DNA of 64,000 bases from Paecilomyces variotii (Eukaryota): NCBI GenBank assembly GCA_004022145.1, contig RCNU01000011.1. The stretch is one strand, 5' to 3'. The notes below the pieces were generated by a model, which worked only from the letters and a program-made list of their open reading frames with translations, ran no database searches and was not told where the DNA came from. Each line of letters starts with the position of its first letter. The first letter of the stretch is position 1. A program made the translations under genes and the position numbers. Below are positions 1-11,659 of this stretch, in pieces.

Positions 1-361
1 GATGGCTGAGTTGGAGTGATACATGGCCAGTACTTGCTTGCTTGACCAGGCAGCCAAAACCCCGCCAGAGCGGCCCAACACGTGTTCTCCGCCGCTCGTT
101 GGCCCAGCGAAACTTGACCAGCGCAGGTCAAGTTGGCATCGACAAAGCCTCAGATCGGGGATTTATCTACGTGCCGTGCGTTCCTGGTTGCGTGGAGTCT
201 GTCTGGGAGACGCTGTCACCATGGTTCAATTGCTCCCAGAGCTTCCTCCGCTTGCTGCTGTCACTTATTGACCTACCTGATAGCTAGGTTCTGATCACCA
301 GATACAACAATACAGAGATAATCAACGATCAAAGGAAGCCCCAAGGGCATCCAGCGCAGCA

Positions 362-2058
362 ATGGAGTCTGCGCACAACCTGGGTGCCAACTACTGGGGC
401 GACCTCATCAATCCGGATAAGAGCCCTGCGCCTCTGCTTGAGCAACTATGTCTAGGAATTGCACAGATCATGGTAAGCATTGGCGCTTTCTGCCACAGTA
501 CATAGATCTGGTGAGGTGGGCAACAAGTTAACGATTTCGTGTATAGCCCTCTCTCGAACCGTCGTCTGGGAACCAGGATCTGACACCAGAGAAACTGGCT
601 GCTTTCTATCGGGAAGTGGGAGGTAACTGGGATATGCTCTTCCTCGAAACCAGTGGCCCGGCATTATCATTCATCTATCAGTCCTTAGGCTGTTTTCATT
701 CCCTCCGTCCAACTCGAAATCCCTTCGAGGCGCCATCTATCCCCGCTCTATTGCCCCATGGCTTCGTGCGATGGCAGACCATTCAGATCCTGCTGAGCCC
801 TGACGAGCACTCTCGTTATCTACAGAATGCGGTGATGCAATGGGATATTCCGCACCCCAACGGGGGGTTCTTCCCCAAAATGATACCCCGGGAAGCCTTT
901 CCTGCCCATCCAGACCCTGATATGGTCGCATGGCACGAGTCGGTCGGCAGACGACTAGAGGACGATTACCAGAAGAGCAAGTCATCACGTCAGCCTTCAC
1001 CGGAAGCCTCAGCGCGCAATTTCTATCCCAGCTGCAAAGATGCAAAGGCTGCTGAAGAGGACTACTTCTCCTATAGCCATGGTCGATTTCCTCCTTGCCG
1101 TGGACGATCCAAGACGGAGTCCTACGGAAACTCGTCCGGTCATACACCTATCCCGAGACGGAGAAGTGAAGAGACTCTCAGCCCCGGGAGTACCCTGTTC
1201 GATTCAGAGATAGATAGCCCGATAGTAGGGAAATCAAATACCAGAGGACCACCTCTTCGGCTTCCAACACCGCCCCCACGCGTTGCGCGCTCGATGCTGG
1301 CGAAAGCGAAGGAGCAGGCAGCCGTGCCCGGTCGTCCGTACGGTTCGAGGCTACAGTCAGAATCATCCGCCTCCGAGGCATCATCTGAAGACTCCATCAT
1401 GGAGGCCCGGCGCGGCTCCGCGGATGACCGTCGATATGGTCGGCGACATGATCTCTCTCCGCCGCGCTCCTCACATACGCGGTCTCGCTCTCACGATGCT
1501 GCTGTTCCAGATAAGCACCGGCGAGATCCATCCCCACATTACTCTGGCCGTGCCAAGGATCGCTTTACGTATTATCCTAATCCGCAGAAAGAACCCGATG
1601 TCTACAAACCGCCGCGACACGGGGTAAAATCGCACAGTGACGGACAGGTACTCCCGCGAGCGACCAAAGCTCCTGAGCCCAAGTTTCGCAAATACGTCTT
1701 CGAAGAACCGAGGAATGGCTACCGCATCACCACCATTGAGCCCCCTGGGCGTCCTCGTCCAATGCCGCGATATGTTGATATGAGCGATTACTACACTCCG
1801 CGCTACCCCGTTGAGCCCTCTCCCGCAGAGGAGAAACGAAGGGGAAGCTACAGCGGTAGCAGCTCGAAAGATCGGAGTAGTAGCAGTAGCGGCAACGAAC
1901 GCACCAAATCATACAGCAAAAATGGCTCATCTTCCCGGAAATGGGCAGGTTCATCTCGCAATATACCCGAAAAACGGTTTATCCCAGTAAGTGTAGCGGA
2001 AGAATACGAACCGGTTGCAACAACCATCCGAAGACCTGTATACGACCCTTACGACTGA
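362..2058 (+). CDS. Conserved fungal hypothetical protein (DUF7514-like N-terminal domain, disordered Ser/Arg/Pro-rich tail), 2 exons
   Basis: ATG 362 (MESAHNLGANYWGDLINPDKSPAPLLEQLCLGIA). GT-AG intron 473-546 joins in frame to ORF 616..2058 (LTPEKLAAFYREVGGNWD...PALLPHGFVRWQTIQILLSPDEH). Confidence 0.75.
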
Positions 2059-2709
2059 GAACGAGATGTCTTCTTCTTCTCCTCCGCTCCCCCTGTTTTC
2101 TCCGCTTGTTTCTAGACCTGCATCTAGCCTTGTGAGGTTAATGATTCTGCCACGGCATCTAATCGGCTTTGAACGAAATAACGACAGTTTATGACATGAC
2201 ACGATTGATTGAAAAGAAACAGGGGTGATCAAACAGGACCTGGTTTCTGAGATGACATATGCTGACATTTATTACTTTCAATCCTCTCTCATATTTGGAT
2301 ACGAGAGCTTTTGCTATTTCTATTTAGTAGTTACTTTGGGATAATGCATGGTACAGGCTGCATCAGGAGTTTGAAGAATCTAGTGTAATGAAATCAATGC
2401 CATTCAGTGATCATGATTCCTCATGCTTTGCCCTGTCGACCTGTTGGCGGTCTGACTTCTTAGCTGGTAACTAGTTCCTATCAAGCCATTGACACTCTCT
2501 ACCATGTCTATATCTACTGGTCTTCGCATGTCACATTGGAAAGAAAAGAAAAGATCTTGATTAGGTTAGGCCGAAGGTGGAAAGCGGTCGATACGGATCG
2601 CCGTAGCTCCGTTGCTATGGAACGCGAACGAGACCATCAACCATCCAACCATCTCAAGAATTCTGCAAAGAGCTCGTCCTGCTCCTCCATCCCACCTCAG
2701 GTTGACAAC

Positions 2710-3846
2710 ATGTTCAGTCGCGCATCCAACGCTTTCGCTGCTGCTGTTGCCCCCGCCGTCGAGCAGCCCACCGCAGAGCAGATCGGAGCTAGCGGCGACG
2801 ACAACGCGCGGAACGCGTCCAGCGCGATCGCGCTGGACGAGACCGAGACCGACTTGACGACCGGCGTCCCCATTACTGGAGACCCATCGCACCAGATGCT
2901 GTTTGACGTGCACGCGACGACAAACCATTTTCTGTTCTCTGCATCGGAATACGCCCAACCTCAGGAAGACCAGGCTGCGCGCGACGAGAGCGCGGCCGCA
3001 GTGACGGGAGAAGAAGGCCTCGAGGGACTGTCCGGTGAAGATCTGGCCACAAGCGCGGACGGTAAACAAGGCGATTCTACAGCTCAGGAAGTGAAGGGCA
3101 ACGAGAAAGTCGAGGACAATTCACACGCAGAATCAACACGCGAAAAAACTCCACCGACCACACCACCACCGACAACGGAGAAGTCTGCAATGGACGCGAC
3201 AGCAACACCAAGCAGGCGATCGCAGCGCGCCACGCCTGTCGCGCCCAGCTCAGCGAAGAAACAGACCAAGTCGTCCTCAACGGAGAGCGCAAAAGATGAG
3301 ACCAGCACCGGCGAGAAGAGAAAGCGCGGGCGGCCGTCGAAAGCCCCCGAGGAGGCTGACAGTGCGCAAGAAACTAAGCGGACGAAGGTCTCTGAGACTG
3401 ATACACCTCGTGGCCGTGGACGTCCTGCAGGCACTACATCAGGATCAGCGTCTGCCAAGAAGCCAACCTCTACTCCTGGACGAGGACGCGGACGGCCTCG
3501 CAAGCCTGAGAGTGAGCGCAAGCCACCGAAGCCCGTCAGCTTGAACCCGGACGGTACACCCAGAGGTCGTGGACGCCCACGCAAGTCTGAAGGTGGCGTC
3601 ACAAAAAAGACCACCACGCCATCAAAGGCCACAAGTGCTACAGCAAACGGAACCCCTCGCAGTCGCGGACGCCCACGCAAGTCGGATGCCGCTTCTGCAG
3701 CTGCATCTGTTGAAAAGACCAACGCAAACACAAAGAGCGTGTCCAAGGGTCCTGGCCGCCCCAAGAAAGCAGAGACTGCTGAAACAAAGGAGGCTACGGC
3801 CAACGGCACCCCGAGGGGTCGCGGACGGCCGCGCAAGAGCGACTAA
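2710..3846 (+). CDS. Multi-AT-hook (HMGA-like) DNA-binding protein
   Basis: About 7 GRP-core AT-hook motifs (KRGRPSK, RGRGRPRK x3, RSRGRPRK, GPGRPKK, RGRGRPAG) in the basic C-terminal half. Start uncertain (2617 or 2710). Confidence 0.8.
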   Translation: MFSRASNAFAAAVAPAVEQPTAEQIGASGDDNARNASSAIALDETETDLTTGVPITGDPSHQMLFDVHATTNHFLFSASEYAQPQEDQAARDESAAAVTGEEGLEGLSGEDLATSADGKQGDSTAQEVKGNEKVEDNSHAESTREKTPPTTPPPTTEKSAMDATATPSRRSQRATPVAPSSAKKQTKSSSTESAKDETSTGEKRKRGRPSKAPEEADSAQETKRTKVSETDTPRGRGRPAGTTSGSASAKKPTSTPGRGRGRPRKPESERKPPKPVSLNPDGTPRGRGRPRKSEGGVTKKTTTPSKATSATANGTPRSRGRPRKSDAASAAASVEKTNANTKSVSKGPGRPKKAETAETKEATANGTPRGRGRPRKSD

Positions 3847-4967
3847 AGAGCACATTTATGTTCTTCACGACTACTGGTTAATCAGAAATATTCTTCACTG
3901 GGAGGGTCGGTATCTCGGGCGTGCTGGATTCAGTTGACATTATGCGCATGGTAAAAGGGCCTTGCACCAGAATTCTATTCTAGATACCGTGTACTAATAG
4001 TGAAATCCCAAAGATGGGAAAATGGGCCTGGCCAATAAATTCGAAGATAACAGCATGACCAGATCTTCTGTAGTTTTTTCTTCTCGGACCTAAATCCCAT
4101 GACTCAATAGAACCATTCGACCCTTTCATTCCAGTCACCCCTTCTCACCGGTCCTCGTTCAATGGCAACATTCATCCACTCCGAAATGCAAACAGCCGTA
4201 GGCAAATCTCCGCTGATAATGCCGAGCACAGGGAATGCACACGTCGTATCCAATATCCCTTCCCTTCTCCGCTTTCTGACATTCACATCTCTCAATGAAA
4301 CAAAGAGGAACAGCCTGCTCTCAAGGAAGGGAATTGGAAATGGAGATCAAGGGAATGCAAGACCCCGCACCGGGACGGAAAGGTACAGTACATAAGCGCC
4401 CATCTTCGGAGAATGGTGGTCTCTCTCTCTTTCCAACTTTCTTATCATTTCCTTTCTACATCGTATATTGACCTGTTTCTTTCCTATATATCATCTCGCT
4501 GTGTATTGCTAGTGCCAGCATATATCAAAAAGCGAAATCGACAACAGAAGCAATTTCTTTCTTTAGAGGCTATATTATATTACTTCTTGAGATACCGGAA
4601 ATGATCAGACCGAGAGGCGTGTGTCTGTTTTTTCATGCCCTGTTCCTGCCCCATGGGCCTTCACGCGCATCTTTACTCCGATTTTGGTCTAGATCATGGA
4701 AATTCTTGCATGCGAGATATTATACTGCTGAGGATTCCATCGACATTCTTCGCCTTGATATATAACCCTCTGGCATGTCTCCCATTTGCTCGTTGTCTTC
4801 ATCTTTTCTGGAATTAGTTATGACCGCAGTAGGAAAGGATTTCGGCTTTTTTTTTTCAACTCTTAACTATATATACTCTGGCTCTGTCTACCAGCTAGTC
4901 GGCCGGCCTCGTTGGTAGATATATCGTCTCGGGTCGTGTTCTTTTTTTATATAATCATGTTCTTTCC

Positions 4968-5250
4968 TTGATGCCTGGTCACTTTATGAGTGATGATGAT
5001 AGTCTCTTGTTAGGGGATCCGGAATTGAGCCTGAGGTCGTTCTCGCTACTGAATGTACTGGAGAATGCACTTATCACCATCAATCCTATGCCGACCTCCC
5101 CACCGCGACCCATCATAACATCAGGCGCTCTGCATGTCCCTGGCGAATTGGTCCTCACCATCGAGGGGTGAGTTGTCCTTTCTGGTTTCTTTAACGGTTC
5201 TTGCGCGAATTGTGTCTGGGGAGGTGAACCATCTCGTTGTTCGCTTCGTA
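4968..5250 (+). pseudogene. DUF3716-like Cys-rich domain remnant
   Basis: Reading through the TGA at 5169-5171 gives EG*VVLSGFFNGSCANCVWGGEPSRCSLR. This resembles the C-V-x-G-x-CANC-x8-CS-x-R pattern I recall for DUF3716, with a stop where a Cys is expected. Confidence 0.55.
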
Positions 5251-6047
5251 AGTCCATCCTAACTTGTCTTATCTCTTCCTTGACTGATCACGTTTTCCAT
5301 TCAGATAATGAAATCGCAGTCCACCGGGAAGTGCCATCAAGAACTCCATCGTTATTCACGATGCATCGAGTGAACGATCGTCATCTGCCAGTTCTTCGCT
5401 ATCCACCGGCCCGATATGCACTATGACTTACCCGATTCGCCTCACGCCATACACAACTTCTTGAATCAACCACGCGTCTGAGGACTCCGGGTTCACGAAG
5501 GGGAGCCAAGAATTACCCTCCGAGGTTTCAAGACCTCGCATCCGCCGTTCCTTGCGGATTGCATTCGCCAGAAAGGCGAACAATGGACACCTGGATGGAC
5601 AACTATTCACGGTCTTCATACAAAACAATCCGGTCAGAAGATTCCGGAGGTTTAAAGTACCACTTACGGTCTGTCGGCTGCCGAGAGCTCTGTCGCCATG
5701 TGGGGGTTGCGAAAAGGCCTGGTTGTCATTCTATTCTCCACGGTATATATCTTGCCGAGAATTCCGAGGGATATATATCCCCAAACTTTCGATGAGTTGG
5801 TGCACTGAGACTAGCTGCCTGTGGGCTGGCTGATGTTCTTATATACAAAAGTGCGCGAGACACATACTCCTTTGTAAGTGAGAGCAGTCTGAATAGAGGT
5901 GGACGGGAATACTGATATGGTATTAGTCGTACTCCAAGTCCGGCTCTGCTAGCAGCAAGGCTGCTGCTGTTGTAAACATGAGGCCGGGAACATGTCCTTT
6001 CTCTATATATATATCTCTCTCTTACCAGGTCCTTCATTACGCCCTGC

Positions 6048-6410
6048 TTGAGAATTTCTTTAGAGAGCGTGTTTAATGCTTCGATACTTATAGATGACTG
6101 GCATTTTGCCTTCGAGCCCCTCTGCGTCCGGTCCTGCCCCGGCCCCGGCCCCGTCGCCGAACCCCCTTTTGCTGTCTTTACAGACAGCGATGACGACATT
6201 TTTGGTCCTTTTGAGGACGAAGAAGAAGAAGACATACGGCTCGCACGCCCTGCGCCTCTGCTACCCGCTGAGGATAAGGACATGGCTCTGCCCTCTGGGC
6301 CTGTCGGCGCTCTGCCATGTTTGCGGTGCCTCCACAATGTGGAGTACCACCCCGAGCTGGCAGACTGCGCTTTTGATAGCGCCCAGAGGTGCACCCATTC
6401 GTGCCGCTCC
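6048..6410 (+). pseudogene. Cys-cluster hypothetical protein fragment
   Basis: Acidic tract, then PCLRCLHNVEYHPELADCAFDSAQRCTHSCRS, then a GTAAGT donor at 6411 with no convincing next exon. Confidence 0.3.
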
Positions 6411-7071
6411 GTAAGTGAGAAAGCGTTATTCCGCTACTTTCATCTTTTTTTCATCAAAAATATGTCGAAACTTCACGGATTATGGGCACGGGTTGCAATA
6501 ACGTGATGGCAAAAAGGAAGACAAAAAAAATATCCCCAATGAGAGGTATGTTTCTTAATCTGACCAGACTGGGGCTCGATCCCAGGACCTTATCGGTGTT
6601 AACGATACGTCATAACCAACTAGACTATCCGGCCATGATTGAATTTTCTCATGACTAATTTCATATATGAGGGAGATCTCGTTGTGAGTTGCTGTACTCT
6701 TGAATTTGCGCTGCGATGTGTATACTGATGTGTGAGTTTCAAGATATCCTCTGGTACCGTTGCGGTGTGACTTTTTCTCGGCTCGCCAAATCTTCCTTGT
6801 GGGTAATTTTGATTCTACTCTTTTTTTGCCGGAGAATGTCCTAGGATTCTGGAACTTGAGGTCAAACGACGAGCTCATCAATGATGGGAATATATATATT
6901 TCTTCGAGTCAGCGGTATGCTACCGGCGGCCTGTTCACGGCAGATCCGAATGATTTATAGAACCACGTACGTCTTCCCCAATTCGGACTATTTTTTTTTT
7001 TCCTTCCGCAAAGGAGATGATTCTTTTCCTTAAAATATTAAGATTGGTGGTTACTGATACTCCTGCAGTCA

Positions 7072-7551
7072 ATGACGTGGAACCATGGAGATGTCGCTAT
7101 TCTGAACCCCCATTGGGGCACTGGGATCGAATCCAACCGTGCTCTCGATCCTGCGCATGCCACCTCCCTGATCGACGCGTTTGCGAAGGAGGGTGTAGGC
7201 CGATTTGAGACCAAGCACCGCATCCTCGCAATGTTTGAGAAAGAAGGGTCCAACGAACCCCGGGGTGCACAATTGCATTGCAAACGACCCCTTAGCAACC
7301 AATTGCAAGGCCGATGCCGGTGATCAGTTTGTTAATTAGTGCCGGTCATAGCATACTTAAACCCGTGGATCCCTTCTTGTCAGCGAATACACCTACGGTG
7401 CCATTTAGTCCGTACAAGCCGCGGTCGAAGCGCTCAGAGCAGGCGAGTTGCTCGTGGACTTTTTGCAGGCAATCTGTCTCAAATTCCCAGGAGTATACTC
7501 CAGCTGGGTTCCTACAAGGCTCCAGATGAAAACAACATTTGGCCAGGTTAA
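7072..7551 (+). pseudogene. ParB/Srx-like (DUF3723-like) N-terminal domain remnant, frameshifted
   Basis: NRALDPAHATSLIDAFAKEGVGRFETKHRILA, then LLISAGHS, ELLVDF and PDENNIW in other frames. The order matches the R-x-L-D..F..G..R / L-x-x-G-x-HR / W-x-VD-[FL]Y motif series. Confidence 0.45.
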
Positions 7552-8645
7552 CTATATAGCGCTTCCGGAGGGTGGCCTATCGACTTAGGGGGAATCAGAG
7601 AGGATGAACGCACGTATGGAGTGTAAAGCCAATAAAAGAAATGAAGCCTTACCATCAGTGCAGTTCCAGGAGGCGTCGCAAATAGCTGCATGGCTCGTGC
7701 AGGATCATCGCCCTGCAAGTGCTGCCATTGAAGGTGCGTGGAACATGGGTTCGACTCACCTCAACACCGCCAGTCAAGCAGACTGAAGAGAGCTGCTGAT
7801 GCTACACAGTCAGCATCATCATATACAACACGAGTCACCAAGAAGGCCAGAAGTAAGGCTCCTGCAAGTGCACGGGGTATTTTCAGTCCCACTACCGAAG
7901 GAATAGATTTTTGTGCTAATATAGGATCCGTTGTCTCAGAATCTTTCTTGTGCCAGTCAATCACCCGACTTATTGCCCCCGATCTTATCTCCAGCAGCAA
8001 AGACGGTATACCTTCTGCTAAGTTGTTCAAGCTAGCAACCGAGGAAAAGAATCAGTCTGGAGATATCCTCACTTTCCATACAACCATCCAGTCAAACTTC
8101 ACTGGTTCACAACCGGTTGGTAACCAGCTCTTGCTTATGGCTATGCGGAGATAAAATCTCATGCGGATGATTCCCCATGTCCCTGGACGGCTGCAGTTCT
8201 ATCATACTCACTGGGGCACCATCAACAACTTGGAACCTGGCCGAGTTGGGGAACCCTACTGTGATTGACAAGAAAATCCTGGATATTGGGACGTGGGCGG
8301 AGAACCTAGTAGTACTGGTACGATAAGACCAACCGGCTCTTACTAACCAAAATGCCTATTTCCGCTGAACACGAAGCACCGGCTATCGATTTTGAGGCCC
8401 AGGTGACGTTAGCCACTCAATCTATGGGATTACAGTCAAAATTGAGCAGTTGCCGATCCAGAACACGGCGTGCTGATGACGGAGGCAAACAACCAGACTG
8501 CCATTGGGTAGGGTTCAAAGAGCATCGATAGATTCAAGAACATCAGATGATCTATCAGAGAGAGATTTGGAGAAAGAAAACAAGGTCCTTATCTCATGTG
8601 TCTGGTCTTTCCTTGTGAAGACTTGCCACCATCGTCCTTCGTTTC

Positions 8646-9096
8646 ATGGACGAACAGAACGTTCCCTACGATATTTCGACTGAGGAGGTCGATCGCGGGA
8701 GGGACTTCAATCAACGTCAACTCTTCAAACCCTCGCCTACCGCCACAAGGAATGAAGATGTTGTTAAAGTTCTGAGGCTCCTGTGTGACGAGACACGGGA
8801 GACAAAATTCGTGGTTTACGCCGATACCTACGAGAGCCAGGGCATGATTCTAGAGCATCTCCGCAAAGCGTTTCCTAGCTGGAACGTCGCAATGACGCCC
8901 AATGGGGCATCCATCTGACAACGAATCACGCTTTGCCATCTACGATGAGTTTTGCTCTTCAGGAAAACAAATCCTCATTGCCTGTAGACTTATACTCTAC
9001 GGTATCTTCTTGGATGGGTGTAACACCGGAGTGTTCCGCGATCCCCCTCAATATCCTCACCTCTTTGTACTGGCAGTGGGAGGGCGGGCAGTCTAG
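8646..9096 (+). pseudogene. SF2 helicase C-terminal (RecA2) domain remnant, frameshifted
   Basis: ETKFVVYAD (motif IV-like), frameshift near 8910, then QILIA...GIFLDGCNTGVFRDPP...AVGGRA (motif V/VI-like). Confidence 0.45.
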
Positions 9097-10199
9097 GAGA
9101 CGAGTCCTTATACACTGGAATTATATTCTCATCATCATCACTCAAGATGAGAAGACCAGCATTGGCGACAGTTCAGCATGCCGGAGGCCGGAAATGCCTC
9201 AGATATCGATACCACGCCGAACGCGTACCAAGATAAAGATAACGCTGGTATGGAGGATAAACAGGTTATCTAGCCATCAGACGATACGCAGTCACATCCG
9301 GGCGCTTCAGCACTTATCGATCTAACCGATAGTAACGATACTGCTCCTATAGACCCAGATGAGTCATCGGTTATCTACACATCGACTAAGATGGAAAATG
9401 CAGAAACTGGTTATTATGATATGTTGTAAGTCGGTGTGGTCTGTCATTTCTGTGTATATCGTGCTGATTTCTCATCCAGCCTCAGTGTCACTAGCAGCCT
9501 CTGTGAACACGTACAGCCGCTATGCTTGACAGGACGAGAGCGGTTTTTCTCGCTTTCTTTATTTCAGTTGGAGAAAAGAAGAGGAGCATTCTCACAAAAT
9601 CATTACAAGGGGAAATGGCAGCTGTACCCTCCAGAGTGGAGTATAACCTCAAAGGATTATATCTACTTACGATTCTACTTCAGGACCCAAACAGGCAGCA
9701 GTTGGAGGTAAATCCAAATTGTTCTATTCAGACGTGATCAAGGGCCCCTTGTCCTCCGATCTATCTGCATCTACGCCAGAAGTCTCGGTTCGTGAGTGTA
9801 TGCTCTTTCTGCTGAGCAGATGCAATGAACCGGGCTAGATATGCCCATGGTGAGCGCCCCGCGCGCGGCGCACGCCGCCGCAAGTGCGAGCGTTGCTCGC
9901 GCGGTCGTCATGACTGTTACAATGCAAGTCCGCCCCTTTTCCAAAGACTTTTTGGTTACTAACGAGTATCATAAGCTCCCCATGCCGCTCTCCCGGCTGC
10001 GGCGCGTTTGGTTGTGGCCCGGTACACAATTCCGAAGGCGTTCTCGCCCTCTGGCTTTTTATGCTGCCCGAATCAACCGAAACGAATACCACGAGTTTCA
10101 TTTCATTTGGTGAGACTGTCTCACTAGACACTTGAATGAGAGAAGAAAACAAAAGAAACTAAGAACCGAGGATTGTATACCGAACAGAGATGACTTATA

Positions 10200-11659
10200 T
10201 CCAAGACGGCCTTCATTATGAGGCAAGGGAATTATACTTTCTGTTTATCACCATCTATTCAACATAATGTCAGTTCCCGGAGGATGCCAGTTCGAATCAG
10301 CACCAGAGAAGCCGTGGTCTTCTTTCTGTATCTGGTTTCGCAAACAGACTATTACTTTCCCGCAAGAGTTGGAGAGAGCCTGGTAAGAAGCATTTCTTAG
10401 GGACGGATGCTCTCCCGACGGCAGAGCGGCGTGGGCTCAACTGGGTCGGGAGAGGGCACAATCCCAGTATTAGAGTGTCGGTGGTTTTTATCAACTTTAT
10501 CCGTACCAAGGTCGGGATAAACTTGAAAAACGATGAAAAGTGGTGGCCGACAATCCAAAACCGCACCCTTTTTAATACATGGGTGCAGTTTACCACCACG
10601 TGAACGGCCCATGTCCGCACACATAACAGGTTCCGCGAGTTCCTTGCTAATAACTTCGTCTTCAAAAGTGATGAGGAAAAGGTATTACCGATCATAAGAG
10701 AGGGGCCATGGTATGACGCTTGCGTGCGCTTTACATCTATAGAAACTGGATGTGGTATATACCCTCCCGCAATTTGGGTGCTTGGACATCCCTCTGTGGT
10801 CTCTCTTAATGAGAGAGATATGCTCGCTGATGCTGCTGCGATACCACGAGGAGCTCTACGGTATCGCGCAGAGCCATACCCTCACCTGTGAGTTTAGACA
10901 AGTTCCCGTGTTGTCGAAGACTACTGACTGGCCAGTATGTGGACGTTTCCTGGATTAGTTATTAAACACCTTCTATTCAGAGGTGTCAATAGTCTTTTTT
11001 TATAGCCCTCTCCAACGATGCATAGGGATTAGAAAAATATCTCCAGGAACAGAAACCATCAAGTCCCATGATGGTAAGGTCTAATTTCAGTTCGAATATA
11101 TAGCAAGAGACTAATTTAGCGATTTCAGGCAATCATAGATCCATCCCAAACCAGACCTCAACCACACTGTTCAAATCCACGGAGAGGCCAAACACGGATG
11201 GCGAACAGTGCTGGCGCTCACTCGGTCTTTTCAGGGGAAAGATAGGAAGGATTTCGAAAACGGCCACGTCCGGTAAATGGCTTCTCTCTGAAGTGCGTGG
11301 CGCGGTCGCAAGCTCCGTTGCGGACAGATGCGTGGATGAAAAGGATTCTTGCACTGCGTACGGCAGAGCTCAAGGACGTGATATCAGTTCTGGGAAATGC
11401 CCGAGTGGCATTGTCCATCAGAGAAGCTGAAACCGTGCCAATGGACAGATGGGTTGAGTTGAAGAATGTGCCGTACATCACAGAAAACATACCTTTCCTC
11501 TGTGCGGCCTTCGACCTGCTCGAGTTCGTGCAGTACCTTCGCGGAGCTATCGATGCTCTGAAGGCAGTGAAGACAATGAATTGCGAAATTCAGACCTTGC
11601 AGCGGCTCGAGCGATGCTGGAACCCAGAGTCACACTCCCTTCCTTTATCCCTGACTTGA
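10200..11659 (+). pseudogene. Degenerate multi-exon hypothetical gene
   Basis: Coding-like blocks (10450-10740, 11120-11659) with in-frame stops or frameshifts. Predicted introns at about 10888-10935 and 11074-11119. Confidence 0.35.

Noticed and set aside
3084-3836. 250-aa ORF with RGRPR repeats on the minus strand
   Set aside because: Antisense mirror of the GC-rich AT-hook codons.
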